A stretch of DNA of 64,000 bases from Promethearchaeati archaeon SRVP18_Atabeyarchaeia-1 (GCA_037308085.1 CP147779.1:352001-416000); one strand, 5' to 3'. Numbered from the stretch's first letter, positions 29,464 through 38,904 are shown. Notes: generated from the letters alone by a model not told the origin. Numbers and translations are program-made.

Positions 29464-30006
29464 GTGAAAATAGTGGACTTTGCGGAACTCATATTCATAC
29501 CACCGATTTCAACTCTTTTTGTTCTCCTCATATCTGTGACCATGTCGACTTTCACGGCCTTCGTTACAAGCAGGGTAACCGATCAATCCAAACTCAGAAG
29601 ATACAGAAAGGAAATAGCTGAATGGAGACAGATGATGGCCACAGCGAAGAAAACTGGCGACGAGAAACTGGCTTTGGAAGTCCGGAGGAGATCCAAAATA
29701 GTTCAGAATATGCAAAAGCAGGTTGCGACGCAAGGAATGAAGCCGACTTTGATCTTCTTCGTTCCCTTCTTGGTGATCTGGGCGATCCTCAGTGGCTTAT
29801 ACGGATCACGCATAGTGGCCTATGCTCCGTTCAATCTCAGAATCATACCACTTGTCGGACTCCTAATCTCCCCCGGTAGCCTTGGGATAAACCTCTTTGG
29901 ATGGTATCTTCTCTGCAACTTCTCAATAGGCACGATAATCAATAGGTTATTTGGTGTCAACCAAGTCGCAGGTTTATCGCCGACTGGTGGCTTTCCTAGC
30001 AGTTAG
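29464..30006 (+). CDS. EMC3/TMCO1 (DUF106) Oxa1-superfamily membrane insertase
   Basis: TM, coiled coil, MKP and TM, with W.WY.L; position after secY. Confidence 0.85.
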   Translation: MKIVDFAELIFIPPISTLFVLLISVTMSTFTAFVTSRVTDQSKLRRYRKEIAEWRQMMATAKKTGDEKLALEVRRRSKIVQNMQKQVATQGMKPTLIFFVPFLVIWAILSGLYGSRIVAYAPFNLRIIPLVGLLISPGSLGINLFGWYLLCNFSIGTIINRLFGVNQVAGLSPTGGFPSS

Positions 30007-30029
30007 AGTGAACTCGCGAGGTGCGGTCA

Positions 30030-30338
30030 ATGCCTAGACCTAGTCTAAGAACACGAACAATCAAGCGCAGGAATCTAAGAACTCCCGGTTCTAGAAGCGT
30101 CGTACACTATGATAGGCTTCTGAAGCCGAGCGATGCCAGATGTAGCTCTTGTGGCGCAATTCTGCCAGGAGTTCCAAGATTGCCTCCTTCTAAAATGGCG
30201 AATATCGGCAAAAGCAGAAAGAGACCAAACAGGCCATACGGGGGGCAGCTCTGCTCAAAATGCCTGTCATCGAAGGTAAGGGCACAAGTCTTTGAGCAAA
30301 CTAAGGTCCCTGTGAAAACAGGCAGGAAGTCGAAGTAA
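30030..30338 (+). CDS. rpl34e: 50S ribosomal protein eL34
   Basis: RTPG, C..CG..L.G and RPYGG.LC..C. Confidence 0.96.
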   Translation: MPRPSLRTRTIKRRNLRTPGSRSVVHYDRLLKPSDARCSSCGAILPGVPRLPPSKMANIGKSRKRPNRPYGGQLCSKCLSSKVRAQVFEQTKVPVKTGRKSK

Positions 30339-30468
30339 CTGGGCAGATCTAAGATGTCCCTTTGCAGGCACCCCACGTACCCCCAAGTTACTTACCGACC
30401 ATGCGACGCTTGTTCACTGGTCCTGCCTTCGCACCCGTTCTCCGCAGATTCAGCAGGAGATAATCTTA

Positions 30469-31014
30469 ATGGACTCAGGCATAGTCATAGTGATTGGAGG
30501 ATTGCATGGGACTGGCAAGAGTACTTGCGCGAGGCTGCTGGCCGAGAAGCTCAGTCTTCGGTATGTCTCTTCCGGAGGAATCTTTCGTTCGATCGCTAAT
30601 CAAAAGAAAATGACGATTGAGGAGCTTAGCAAGTACGCCGAGAAGCACCATGAGATCGATCGGGAAGTGGATTCCGAGGTGGTTCGAGCCTCGAGAGAAG
30701 GAAACATCGTTATTGAGGGGCAGATTGCGGCGGGTCTTGTCGAGGCGCCGGACATCAAAGTCTTCCTAACTGCTTCCGAGACTGTAAGGATCGACAGGTT
30801 GTCCTGTCGAGACAGGAAGAGTAAGGAAGAGTCATTAAGAGAGACAAAGTTGCGGGAAGCCAGCGAGAGGCGGAGATACATGGAAACCTACGGCATCAAT
30901 GTATCTGATCTCTCAGGCTACAATCTCGTCATAGACACATCCAAATGGTCAGCTGAAGCAGTCACAAGGATAATTGAGAGGTCCGTCGAGGAGTACCTTA
31001 AAGGAAAGGCTTAA
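30469..31014 (+). CDS. cmk: Cytidylate kinase
   Basis: GLHGTGKST, S.G.IFR and RE.SE..RY...YG. Confidence 0.92.
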   Translation: MDSGIVIVIGGLHGTGKSTCARLLAEKLSLRYVSSGGIFRSIANQKKMTIEELSKYAEKHHEIDREVDSEVVRASREGNIVIEGQIAAGLVEAPDIKVFLTASETVRIDRLSCRDRKSKEESLRETKLREASERRRYMETYGINVSDLSGYNLVIDTSKWSAEAVTRIIERSVEEYLKGKA

Positions 31015-31150
31015 AACACGACATACCCTTTCACTTGATGAACCAGCACCCTTTAGCAAGGGGGCAACGCTGAGTGCCTCTACCCATCCCGGATGACGGA
31101 CAAAGACACTGGGATGTGCAAGGCACGCGCTGCTGGAGGTGAAAGCACAC

Positions 31151-31432
31151 ATGGCAGCCATCGAAATTGGTAGAATCTGCGTTAAGACGCACGGAAGAGA
31201 AGTGGGGAGTAAGTGCGTTGTCGCTGACCTTATCGACGACAATTTCGTTCTCATAACTGGACCCAAAGATCTCAATGGAATCAAGAGGCGCAGAGTAAAT
31301 ATCAAACACATAGAAGCTACGAGCGACAAGATCAACCTGAAGAAAGGGGCCAGTGACGAAGAAGTCAAGAAGGCCTTACAGGCGGCCGGAAAACTCGAAA
31401 GCATGAACGAGAGGATCAAGATAAAGGCATAG
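31151..31432 (+). CDS. rpl14e: 50S ribosomal protein eL14
   Basis: IEIGRICVK..GRE.G and G.KRRR.N..H.E. Confidence 0.97.
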   Translation: MAAIEIGRICVKTHGREVGSKCVVADLIDDNFVLITGPKDLNGIKRRRVNIKHIEATSDKINLKKGASDEEVKKALQAAGKLESMNERIKIKA

Positions 31433-31547
31433 CTATCAAGGCTTCAACGCCCAGATAGCGTGCGTCAAATCTGACTTTTTCGTAATCTCCTCAGCTGATT
31501 TTTCGGCATGACTCATCCCCTAGATAAATAGGGAAGGGTACGTCAGT

Positions 31548-32611
31548 ATGTGTAAGGTGGTTTCAGCTATGAAAGAGTCGAAGCTTCCGTATGATGTTAA
31601 GAGAGACTTGTTGAGAAAGACTCGTGATCAAACTGACAGCAGGCATGGGTGCGATCCGTCCAAGCGCCAGATCAACGAGTATGTTAGCAAGGGCGTGATC
31701 AACCTTGACAAGCCGGCAGGGCCTACTAGCCATGAAGTCGTTGCCTGGATAAAGAAGATCTTCGGAATAGAGAAGGCCGGTCACGGTGGGACTCTAGAGC
31801 CACTCAGTGCGCACAACTCCGCATCGAGCGGTGGGGTAATCCTAGGGTGACTGGACTTCTTCCAGTGACTTTGAGCAGCGCGACTAGGCTTGTTCAGGCA
31901 ATTCTGCCTGCAGGTAAGGAATATGTCTGCGTTATGACGCTTCACGGAGATGTCCCAGAAAAGAAACTAGTTGAAGTTTGTAACGAGTTTGAAGGACCGA
32001 TCTACCAGAGGCCACCACTTAGATCTTCCGTGAAGCGCATGTCACGGATAAGGACGATATACTACCTGCAACTTCTCGAGGTGGATGTGCGGAATGTACT
32101 GATGAAAGTCGGGTGCCAAGGAGGGACGTACATAAGAAAACTCTGCCATGACATAGGGGAGGCAATTGGCTGTGGCGCCCATATGAAGGAACTGAGGAGA
32201 ACTAGGACAGGATCGTTCAAAGAGGATGAGACCATGGTTTCACTTCAGGATGTCGTTGATGCCGTTCATTTCTGGAAAGAGAATGGAAACGAAGCCTTCC
32301 TCCGTAGGTCAGTCCAGCCAATGGAGAAGACCACGGAGCATTTGCCTAGACTCGTTGTCCGTGATTCTGCCGTAGACGCATTATGCCATGGGGCTCAACT
32401 TGCAGCACCTGGCGTACTTGAGGTTCATACCGGAATAAAACAGAACGCACTAGTCGGGATTTACACTTTGAAGGAGGAGATTGTCGCGCTGGCTCGAGCG
32501 CAGCTTGACACCGAAGGCATAATGAAGGCAGATAAGGGTATAGTGGCTACGATTGAACGTGTTATCATGGAGCCCGGAGTATACCCGAAACATGAGAAGC
32601 AGGCTACTTAG
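31548..32611 (+). CDS. cbf5: H/ACA pseudouridine synthase Cbf5 (TruB family), interrupted by a 41-nt BHB intron at 31798-31838
   Basis: Two ORFs offset by 2 nt in frame. Removing 31798-31838 restores GHGGTLDPRVTG. Also LDKP.GPTSHEV, KEY, GTYIR and a PUA domain. Confidence 0.95.
31798..31838 (+). other. Pre-mRNA BHB intron in cbf5
   Basis: GGGA/TCCT outer helix, CTCT/GGGG central helix, bulges AG^A and TA^A, intron helix GCCACTC/GAGCGGT. Confidence 0.92.
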
Positions 32612-32650
32612 CTTCCCGGATCCAGAAAGTTAGCTGGAGGCCAACGAAAC

Positions 32651-33280
32651 ACGGCTGAACATTATTTCACCGCTGAACCCTCATCTGAGCTGAAGCTAGG
32701 CCTCTTGAAGGCAAGACTGCGAGGAGTAGATCTTCAGTTTCTTACGGCGAGGGGGGTGTTCTCTTACAGGAAAGTTGACAGGGGAACCATCGTACTCATC
32801 GACTCAATGGAGATACCTGAGAAAGGAAATGTTCTTGATTTGGGGTGTGGATGGGGTCCTATCGGAATAACTATTTCAGCGACTCACCCGCAAAACTGTG
32901 TCATCATGACTGACATCAACAAGAGGGCCATCTGGCTTGCCACCCAGAATGTCAGCCTCAACAAGGTCACCGCCGAGGTAAGGTGGGGCGAACTATATGA
33001 TCCTGTCGGTGATGCAAAATTCGACGCCATAATCACCAACCCACCCATTTCAGCAGGACGCAGCCTAGTAAGCAAAGCAATTGAAGAAGCAAACCACCAC
33101 CTCTCTCCCCGCGGAAGCCTGCAACTTGTGGCACGCACAAACAAAGGCGCTAAGGTCATTTCCATCATTATGGAAAACGTCTTCGGAAACGTACAGGAGA
33201 TTGAAAAGAAAAGCGGATATAGAGTCCTATGCTCACATAAGAAAGATGAAGGCAGCGAAGACAAGACTCTGGAGGCCTAA
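32651..33280 (+). CDS. RsmC-like small SAM methyltransferase; probable ACG start
   Basis: (T)AEHYFTAEP N-terminus upstream of TTG 32705; GVFS...VD.GT, LDLGCGWG and TNPP motifs. Confidence 0.88.
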   Translation, partial: TAEHYFTAEPSSELKLGLLKARLRGVDLQFLTARGVFSYRKVDRGTIVLIDSMEIPEKGNVLDLGCGWGPIGITISATHPQNCVIMTDINKRAIWLATQNVSLNKVTAEVRWGELYDPVGDAKFDAIITNPPISAGRSLVSKAIEEANHHLSPRGSLQLVARTNKGAKVISIIMENVFGNVQEIEKKSGYRVLCSHKKDEGSEDKTLEA

Positions 33281-33377
33281 GACACCTTAGCTAGAAAATG
33301 CGCACGACGCAAGCGATCCTGCAACGCACTAGCCGACACAGTTAAATGCCTACTCGAACCTTAAGAAAAACGTAAGT

Positions 33378-33498
33378 GCCGTGGTAGCCAAGTCTGGTTA
33401 AGGCGCGGGATTGGAGATCCCGTTCCCTTTTGGGAGCGTCGGTTCAAATCCGGCCCATTTCACGTGGTAAGCACACCATGTGGAGGCTAGCGGCGCCA
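33378..33498 (+). tRNA. tRNA-Ser(GGA) with a BHB intron in the acceptor stem (68/69: 33458-33490), CCA encoded
   Basis: CGGGA-TT GGA GA-TCCCG with a long variable arm. The 3' acceptor strand CCA^CGGC-G-CCA pairs with GCCGTGG only after intron removal. Confidence 0.92.
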
Positions 33499-33926
33499 TG
33501 CCCAATGCATGCTGAAGGACCGACATCTCCCCTGAAACCATCATGAACCGGAGTGCCCCTGCTTTCTTTTCCGCATACCCCTGTTGACGAGCTCCAGGTC
33601 CCCTGTCTCGTGTGCTCCAGAATTCAGTCGCTCAGCAACCTCAATCGCACGAATATGGCGATTGATATCTCATGCACCTTCCGATGGTTACGTAAAAGTG
33701 CATGCCAGAACCATTTCAGAAACGATTTTCGGATTGGATGGGTCGTAAGTCCGATGGATATAAAGCTCGCGAATGGAAAATGCTTAAATACTTATAATTG
33801 GCTTTCTGGTTTGCACAATCGTTCCATGCCGCGGAGAATCGGCAGGTCGATTTGCTTGGCAATGATTATATACCGATTGATCCCTAGTGGAGCGAAGCTG
33901 ACGCAGTTAATAGAGAGTGTTGCAGT

Positions 33927-34388
33927 ATGTCTGAGGGGTTTAGACACATCGTAAGAATCGCTGGCACGGATCTCCAGGGTTCAGAGAAGTTGCCCTATGC
34001 GCTGGCAAGTATCGAAGGAGTCAGCACCAGAACGGCCTACGCGGCCATCAAGATAGCTGGGCTAGACCCAGAGCTGAGGGCAGGATATCTGTCTGAGACT
34101 CAAGCCAAGGAACTTGAGAAGATAGTACAGGATATGTCCAAGATCGGCATACCAAGCTGGTTGCTCAACCGGCGGAAGGATGTAGCAACGGGGAAAGACA
34201 CCCATGTAATCGGTGCCGACTTGAAGCTGGCAAACAGGACCGATATCGAAAGGATGAAGGCAACAAAGAGTTGGAAGGGAATCAGGCACGCGCTGGGACT
34301 GAAGGTAAGAGGGCAGCATACGAGAACAACTGGCAGAACAGGGCAGACTGTTGGAGTAAGCAAGAAGAGAGCGAGAGCAGCGAAATAG
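33927..34388 (+). CDS. rps13: 30S ribosomal protein uS13
   Basis: IP.WLLNRRKD and GLKVRGQHT.TTGR. Confidence 0.97.
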   Translation: MSEGFRHIVRIAGTDLQGSEKLPYALASIEGVSTRTAYAAIKIAGLDPELRAGYLSETQAKELEKIVQDMSKIGIPSWLLNRRKDVATGKDTHVIGADLKLANRTDIERMKATKSWKGIRHALGLKVRGQHTRTTGRTGQTVGVSKKRARAAK

Positions 34389-34432
34389 GGAAAGCGTGGC
34401 GACGATCACATCTTCATTGAGGTTGAGAAAAC

Positions 34433-34981
34433 ATGGGAGACATCAAGAAACTCAGAAAGAAATATGTCAAGCCAGGTCACCCTTGGCAGAGAGACAGGAT
34501 ACGATCAGAAATCCTTCTGGTAGGCAAGTATGGACTGAGGAACAAAAGAGAGGTCTGGATCGCGAGAACACTCCTCGGTGATTTCAGAAGGCGTGCTAGG
34601 GAAGTCCTATCGCTGTCATCAGCCGAGAAGGAAGAGGAAGAAAAGGGACTGATGAGGCGCTTACGTAGGCTTGGTCTGGTAAGTGAGAATGCAAACATAG
34701 ATGATGTACTAGATTTGACACTGCCGAACATTCTCGAAAGAAGACTGCAAACAATAGTGTATAAGCTTGGGCTGGCGAAATCGGTCCACCAATCTAGGCA
34801 GCTGATCGTGCACGGGCACATCGCCATAAAGGGCTGCGCCACAACATCCCCTGGGAGGCTGGTAGGGTTAGAAGAAGAGGCGCAGGTGACGTACGCGCCT
34901 GGCAGCCCGTTCATGAACAGGGATCTTGTCAAGGAAGAAGTCGAGGAACATCCAAAAGAACAGAAGAAAAGTGTAAAATAG
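34433..34981 (+). CDS. rps4: 30S ribosomal protein uS4
   Basis: YGLRNKRE.W, LERRLQT and RQLIVHGHI. Confidence 0.97.
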   Translation: MGDIKKLRKKYVKPGHPWQRDRIRSEILLVGKYGLRNKREVWIARTLLGDFRRRAREVLSLSSAEKEEEEKGLMRRLRRLGLVSENANIDDVLDLTLPNILERRLQTIVYKLGLAKSVHQSRQLIVHGHIAIKGCATTSPGRLVGLEEEAQVTYAPGSPFMNRDLVKEEVEEHPKEQKKSVK

Positions 34982-35098
34982 TTATGAATTCACTCCGCAA
35001 AGAAAATGATTAATGTGGATTGCAAAGGAAGACTTGGTGTCGCAACGCTGTAAATACTCACTAACCAAGTTTTTAGAATATGGGGAGGCCCACCGTAA

Positions 35099-35737
35099 TT
35101 GAGCGAACGAAAAAAGAAGAAGAGCGGGAAAGAAGAGAAAGCTAAGGAAAGCATTGAGACTAAGGAACTCAAAGACAAGACAGCAAAGGACAAGAAAACC
35201 AAGGAGCAGAAGACAAAAGAAGAGAAGACAAAAGGTCAGAAAACTAAGGAACAGGCAGTAGAAAAGAAGGTCGAGGAACCAAAGCCTAAGGCAGAAGCCG
35301 TGGAAGAAGAATCCAAGAAGAGGGAAAGGCAAAGAGAACCTGAAGAAGGAAAAAGAATGAGGTGGGGTGTGGCCCACATCTTCAGCTCATACAACGATAC
35401 GATAGTCCACATTACTGATCTAACCGGGGCAGAAACTGTAGCGAGGGCATCTGGAGGCATGATAGTAAAAGCCGACCGAGACGAAGCCACGCCCTACGCA
35501 GCCATGCAAGCATCATTTAGGGCCGCCCAAGAAGCGATGGACAAGGGTGTAAGAGGAGTTCATATAAAGGTTCGAGCTCCTGGTGGTCATGGTCCAAAGA
35601 CCCCTGGACCGGGCGCCCAAGCTGCCATAAGAGCGCTGGCTAGGGCAGGTCTAAGAATAGGGCGCATCGAAGAGTGTACACCAATACCGCATGATGGAAC
35701 AAGGCGACCAGGAGGCAGAAGAGGAAGGCGTGTATAG
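35099..35737 (+). CDS. rps11: 30S ribosomal protein uS11 with about 85-aa K/E-rich N-terminal extension
   Basis: [23 protein letters not shown] and TPIPHDG. Confidence 0.97.
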   Translation: MSERKKKKSGKEEKAKESIETKELKDKTAKDKKTKEQKTKEEKTKGQKTKEQAVEKKVEEPKPKAEAVEEESKKRERQREPEEGKRMRWGVAHIFSSYNDTIVHITDLTGAETVARASGGMIVKADRDEATPYAAMQASFRAAQEAMDKGVRGVHIKVRAPGGHGPKTPGPGAQAAIRALARAGLRIGRIEECTPIPHDGTRRPGGRRGRRV

Positions 35738-35914
35738 GTTCCATTGCGGGCTTGCAGGGACCAACCTGCTACCGCGATTTCTCTTAGACTCTTGCCAGAT
35801 TCAATAGTGAGAAGAATTTGCGATTAGAGAAAAATTGAAATAACTTCAGAATTATCTGCATCTCTCAAAGACCCAGTTCACTTCATCATTCCGTCTTGTA
35901 CCCAGGTGTGATTA

Positions 35915-36736
35915 ATGGAAATCGAATTGATTGAGAAGGATCCTCTGCGAACAAAGTTCATGGTGAAGGGTATTCGCGCCTCGTTTGCAAACGCTCTGAG
36001 GAGGATAATGATTAGCGAAGTACCCACGCTTGCTATACAGGATGTGATAATAGTCGAGAATACGTCGCCTATGTACGACGAAATACTTGCCCACCGCTTG
36101 GGGTCAATACCAATAAAGACAAACTTGGAGATGTTCTCCAAACCAGAAGAATGTGAATGTAAAGGAAGCGGTTGTCCGCACTGTCAGGTTGTTCTTACTC
36201 TGGACAAAAAGGCAGTCGATGGTCCGGTAACCGTGTATTCAGGTGATCTCAAGTCTCAGGTTCCTCAGATCGAGCCGGCCACGCCCAGAATCCCCATCCT
36301 GAAGCTGAGTAGAGGACAGCACATAATTCTTGAAGCATACGCTAGGTTGGGCACGGGCAGGGAGCATGCGAAATGGCAAGCGTCGATCGCCAGCTACAAG
36401 TACCTTCCAAAGCTTGAGCTAAAGGAGGAGAAATGCGAGAAGTGCGGCGACTGCGTGGAGGCGTGCCCCCGGAACATAATTCAGATGAAAGGCGACACAA
36501 TCAAGTTTGTCAACGAGACCGATTGCACCCTTTGCAGGACCTGCGAAGAAGTCTGCAGATACGATGCAATCAGAGTCCTATGGGATGAAACAGTCTTTAT
36601 ATTCAACGTGGAGTCCACCGGGGCAATTCCCGCGGATGAAGTGGTTCGCTATGCGAGCCAAATACTATTAAACAAATCCAAAGAACTAATCAAACAGCTT
36701 GAAGAGACCAATACTAACGTTACTACACAAGGGTGA
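35915..36736 (+). CDS. rpoD: RNA polymerase subunit Rpo3 (D) with ferredoxin-like insert
   Basis: ANALRR, DEILAHRLG, HAKW and two CxxCxxCxxxC motifs. Confidence 0.96.
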   Translation: MEIELIEKDPLRTKFMVKGIRASFANALRRIMISEVPTLAIQDVIIVENTSPMYDEILAHRLGSIPIKTNLEMFSKPEECECKGSGCPHCQVVLTLDKKAVDGPVTVYSGDLKSQVPQIEPATPRIPILKLSRGQHIILEAYARLGTGREHAKWQASIASYKYLPKLELKEEKCEKCGDCVEACPRNIIQMKGDTIKFVNETDCTLCRTCEEVCRYDAIRVLWDETVFIFNVESTGAIPADEVVRYASQILLNKSKELIKQLEETNTNVTTQG

Positions 36737-36743
36737 TAGAGCT

Positions 36744-37109
36744 ATGTCCCGTAGAAGCAGACCAAATGATCCGACTGTGCTAAGACTGCTGCGCGACCTC
36801 AGAAAGAAATCCAATGAGCAGAAAGTGGAGCTCTGGCGCCATGTATCTGAGAGGTTAGCCAACCCCAGAAGAAGGATCGTGGAAGTTAACCTCTCAAGAA
36901 TAAACAGGCACACTAAAGCCAAGGACGTAGTGCTCGTTCCTGGGAAAGTACTCGCATCAGGGGAACTCGACCACGAAGTCTCAGTTGCGGCGCTTTCATT
37001 CTCGAAAAACGCTAAGGGAAAGATCGAGAAGGCGAAAGGAAAGGTATTGACGTTAATGGAATTATCCTCTAAGAATCCTAAAGGCACAAAGGTCATTCTA
37101 ATGGAGTGA
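36744..37109 (+). CDS. rpl18e: 50S ribosomal protein eL18
   Basis: VNLSRINR, VPGKVL and NPKG. Confidence 0.96.
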   Translation: MSRRSRPNDPTVLRLLRDLRKKSNEQKVELWRHVSERLANPRRRIVEVNLSRINRHTKAKDVVLVPGKVLASGELDHEVSVAALSFSKNAKGKIEKAKGKVLTLMELSSKNPKGTKVILME

Positions 37110-37119
37110 GGCATGAGCG

Positions 37120-37566
37120 ATGAAGGAAGCAACAGGCTACACGGTCATTGATACCGACGGATTGATACTTGGAAGACTATCAAGCACTGTGGCCAAGAGA
37201 CTGCTATCTGGCGAGAAAATCGCCCTAGTCAACGCTGATAAGGTGATAGTCTCTGGCAAGAGAACTAGCATAGTCAGAGAATATAAAGAGAGACTCAGAA
37301 TAAGAACCCTTGTCAACCCTGCTAAGGGTCCCTTCCACCCGCGCAGACCCGATACGATCCTGAGAAGAACGATACGAGGCATGCTGCCTTGGAACACAAA
37401 CCGAGGGAAAGAGGCTTTTGCCCGCCTGAGCACCTTTGTTGGGATTCCACTTGAGCTCAAGAACGCCAAACTCGAATCAATACCCTGCGCCCGAGTGGAA
37501 CGACTTAGAGGCAGGTTCATCAGACTTTCAGAAATCTCTTCGCAAATTGGCTGGAAACCGCTTTGA
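37120..37566 (+). CDS. rpl13: 50S ribosomal protein uL13
   Basis: ILGRL.S..AK, GPFHPR.P and RGMLP. Confidence 0.97.
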   Translation: MKEATGYTVIDTDGLILGRLSSTVAKRLLSGEKIALVNADKVIVSGKRTSIVREYKERLRIRTLVNPAKGPFHPRRPDTILRRTIRGMLPWNTNRGKEAFARLSTFVGIPLELKNAKLESIPCARVERLRGRFIRLSEISSQIGWKPL

Positions 37567-37586
37567 GAGGAAGATGGTGAGAGAGC

Positions 37587-37988
37587 ATGAAGGTTATCTT
37601 GACAAGCGGAAAAAGAAAAACTGCGGTTGCTAGGGCTGTGATAAGAGATGGTAGAGGCAGGGTCACGGTCAACAATATCCCAGCGGAAATCATGTCACCT
37701 GAACTCGCAAGAACTAAGGTCTTAGAGCCACTTTTCCTTGCTGGGGACGACAAGGTGAACAAGGTCGATATCAGTGTAGATGTTCAAGGTGGTGGCTTCA
37801 TGAGCCAAGCCGAAGCTGCGAGAATGTCTATTGCGAAAGCCCTGTCCAGATGGTATAAAGATGCCAAACTCAAGAAAAGCTTCACTGAATACGATAGAAC
37901 CATGTTGGTTGGAGACGCAAGAAGATCCGAACCTAAGAAATTCGGAGGACATGGAGCAAGGGCCAGGAAGCAGAAGTCTTACAGGTAG
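37587..37988 (+). CDS. rps9: 30S ribosomal protein uS9
   Basis: GKRKTA.A, GGG...QA and QKSYR. Confidence 0.97.
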   Translation: MKVILTSGKRKTAVARAVIRDGRGRVTVNNIPAEIMSPELARTKVLEPLFLAGDDKVNKVDISVDVQGGGFMSQAEAARMSIAKALSRWYKDAKLKKSFTEYDRTMLVGDARRSEPKKFGGHGARARKQKSYR

Positions 37989-38031
37989 GACGCCCCTAAC
38001 GAAGAAGTTTGAAGGATGGTGAGAATACCGG

Positions 38032-38241
38032 ATGATGATTCCAGTAAGGTGTTTCACCTGCGGGAAACCAATAGGAGACAAGTGGGAAGAATTTGTGAGG
38101 AGAACAAGACAGGGAGAAGAGCCCAAGAGGGTTCTCGACGAGCTGGGGGTCAAAAGGTACTGTTGCAGAAGAATGTTGCTGAGCCAAGTTGACTTATTGG
38201 AAGATGTAATGATTTTCACACCAGGTCAGGAAGAATCCTAG
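38032..38241 (+). CDS. rpoN: RNA polymerase subunit Rpo10 (N)
   Basis: IPVRCFTCG and RYCCRRM. Confidence 0.97.
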   Translation: MMIPVRCFTCGKPIGDKWEEFVRRTRQGEEPKRVLDELGVKRYCCRRMLLSQVDLLEDVMIFTPGQEES

Positions 38242-38271
38242 AAAACGAGTTAGAGACAGTAGCACTTTGAG

Positions 38272-38904
38272 TTGGAGAGAGCACCAATGGCCTTAGAGAT
38301 TAAGAGCGAAGAGTTACTGATTCCTTTAGACGACTACCTTGCAGCGGGAATGCATATCGGAACACAGGTCAAGACCGAGAGCATGTCACCCTTTGTGTAT
38401 CGCGTTCGTTCAGACGGGCTTTATGTCCTCGACATCAGAAAGGCGAATGAAAGAATAAGGGTCGCAGGAAAGCTAATAGCGAGATATGAACCGTCCAAAG
38501 TCATTGCAGCTTCTTGCAGACAGTATGGGCAGAGACCGGTACAGAAATTCTGCGAAATGATCAGGGCCAAGCCCGTTGTCGGAAGAATAGTACCGGGAAC
38601 ACTAACAAACCCATTCCTAGAAACTTACATGGAGCCAGACATCATAGTAATAACTGATCCTAGAGCCGACGTCCAAGCGCTTGAAGAGGCACTCGTCATA
38701 GGCATACCAGTGATAGCCTTATGTGATACAGACAATGTGACGACAAACGTCGATCTAGTCATACCGACGAACAACAAGGGCAGAAGGGCTCTTGCACTTG
38801 TATACTGGCTACTCGCCCGTCAAGTTCTCAGAGAAAGAGGAGAACTCCAAGCTACTCAGGAACTCGGAGCTACAATAGACGAATTCGAATCAAGGCAGAC
38901 GTAG
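38272..38904 (+). CDS. rps2: 30S ribosomal protein uS2
   Basis: YLAAG.HIG, PGTLTNP and IP.NNKG. Confidence 0.97.
   Translation: MERAPMALEIKSEELLIPLDDYLAAGMHIGTQVKTESMSPFVYRVRSDGLYVLDIRKANERIRVAGKLIARYEPSKVIAASCRQYGQRPVQKFCEMIRAKPVVGRIVPGTLTNPFLETYMEPDIIVITDPRADVQALEEALVIGIPVIALCDTDNVTTNVDLVIPTNNKGRRALALVYWLLARQVLRERGELQATQELGATIDEFESRQT

Noticed and set aside
31058-31120. TPP riboswitch, H/ACA RNA or SECIS resemblance
   Set aside because: The TPP core motifs (UGAGA, CUGAU, P5 loop) are incomplete and the context is wrong; there is no ACA box after the stem and no Sec gene nearby. Kept only as an unclassified structured element.
31548-32611. cbf5 as a frameshifted pseudogene or two separate genes
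   Set aside because: A clean BHB intron explains the frame offset and restores the catalytic Asp.
33541-33553. TCATGAACCGGAG also present on the reverse strand upstream of rps14
   Set aside because: A single 13-nt match in 64 kb is compatible with chance and has no shared context.
33553-33954. 133-aa ORF before rps13
   Set aside because: No motifs; it spans the rps13 promoter (CTTAAATA near 33783) and overlaps the rps13 start.
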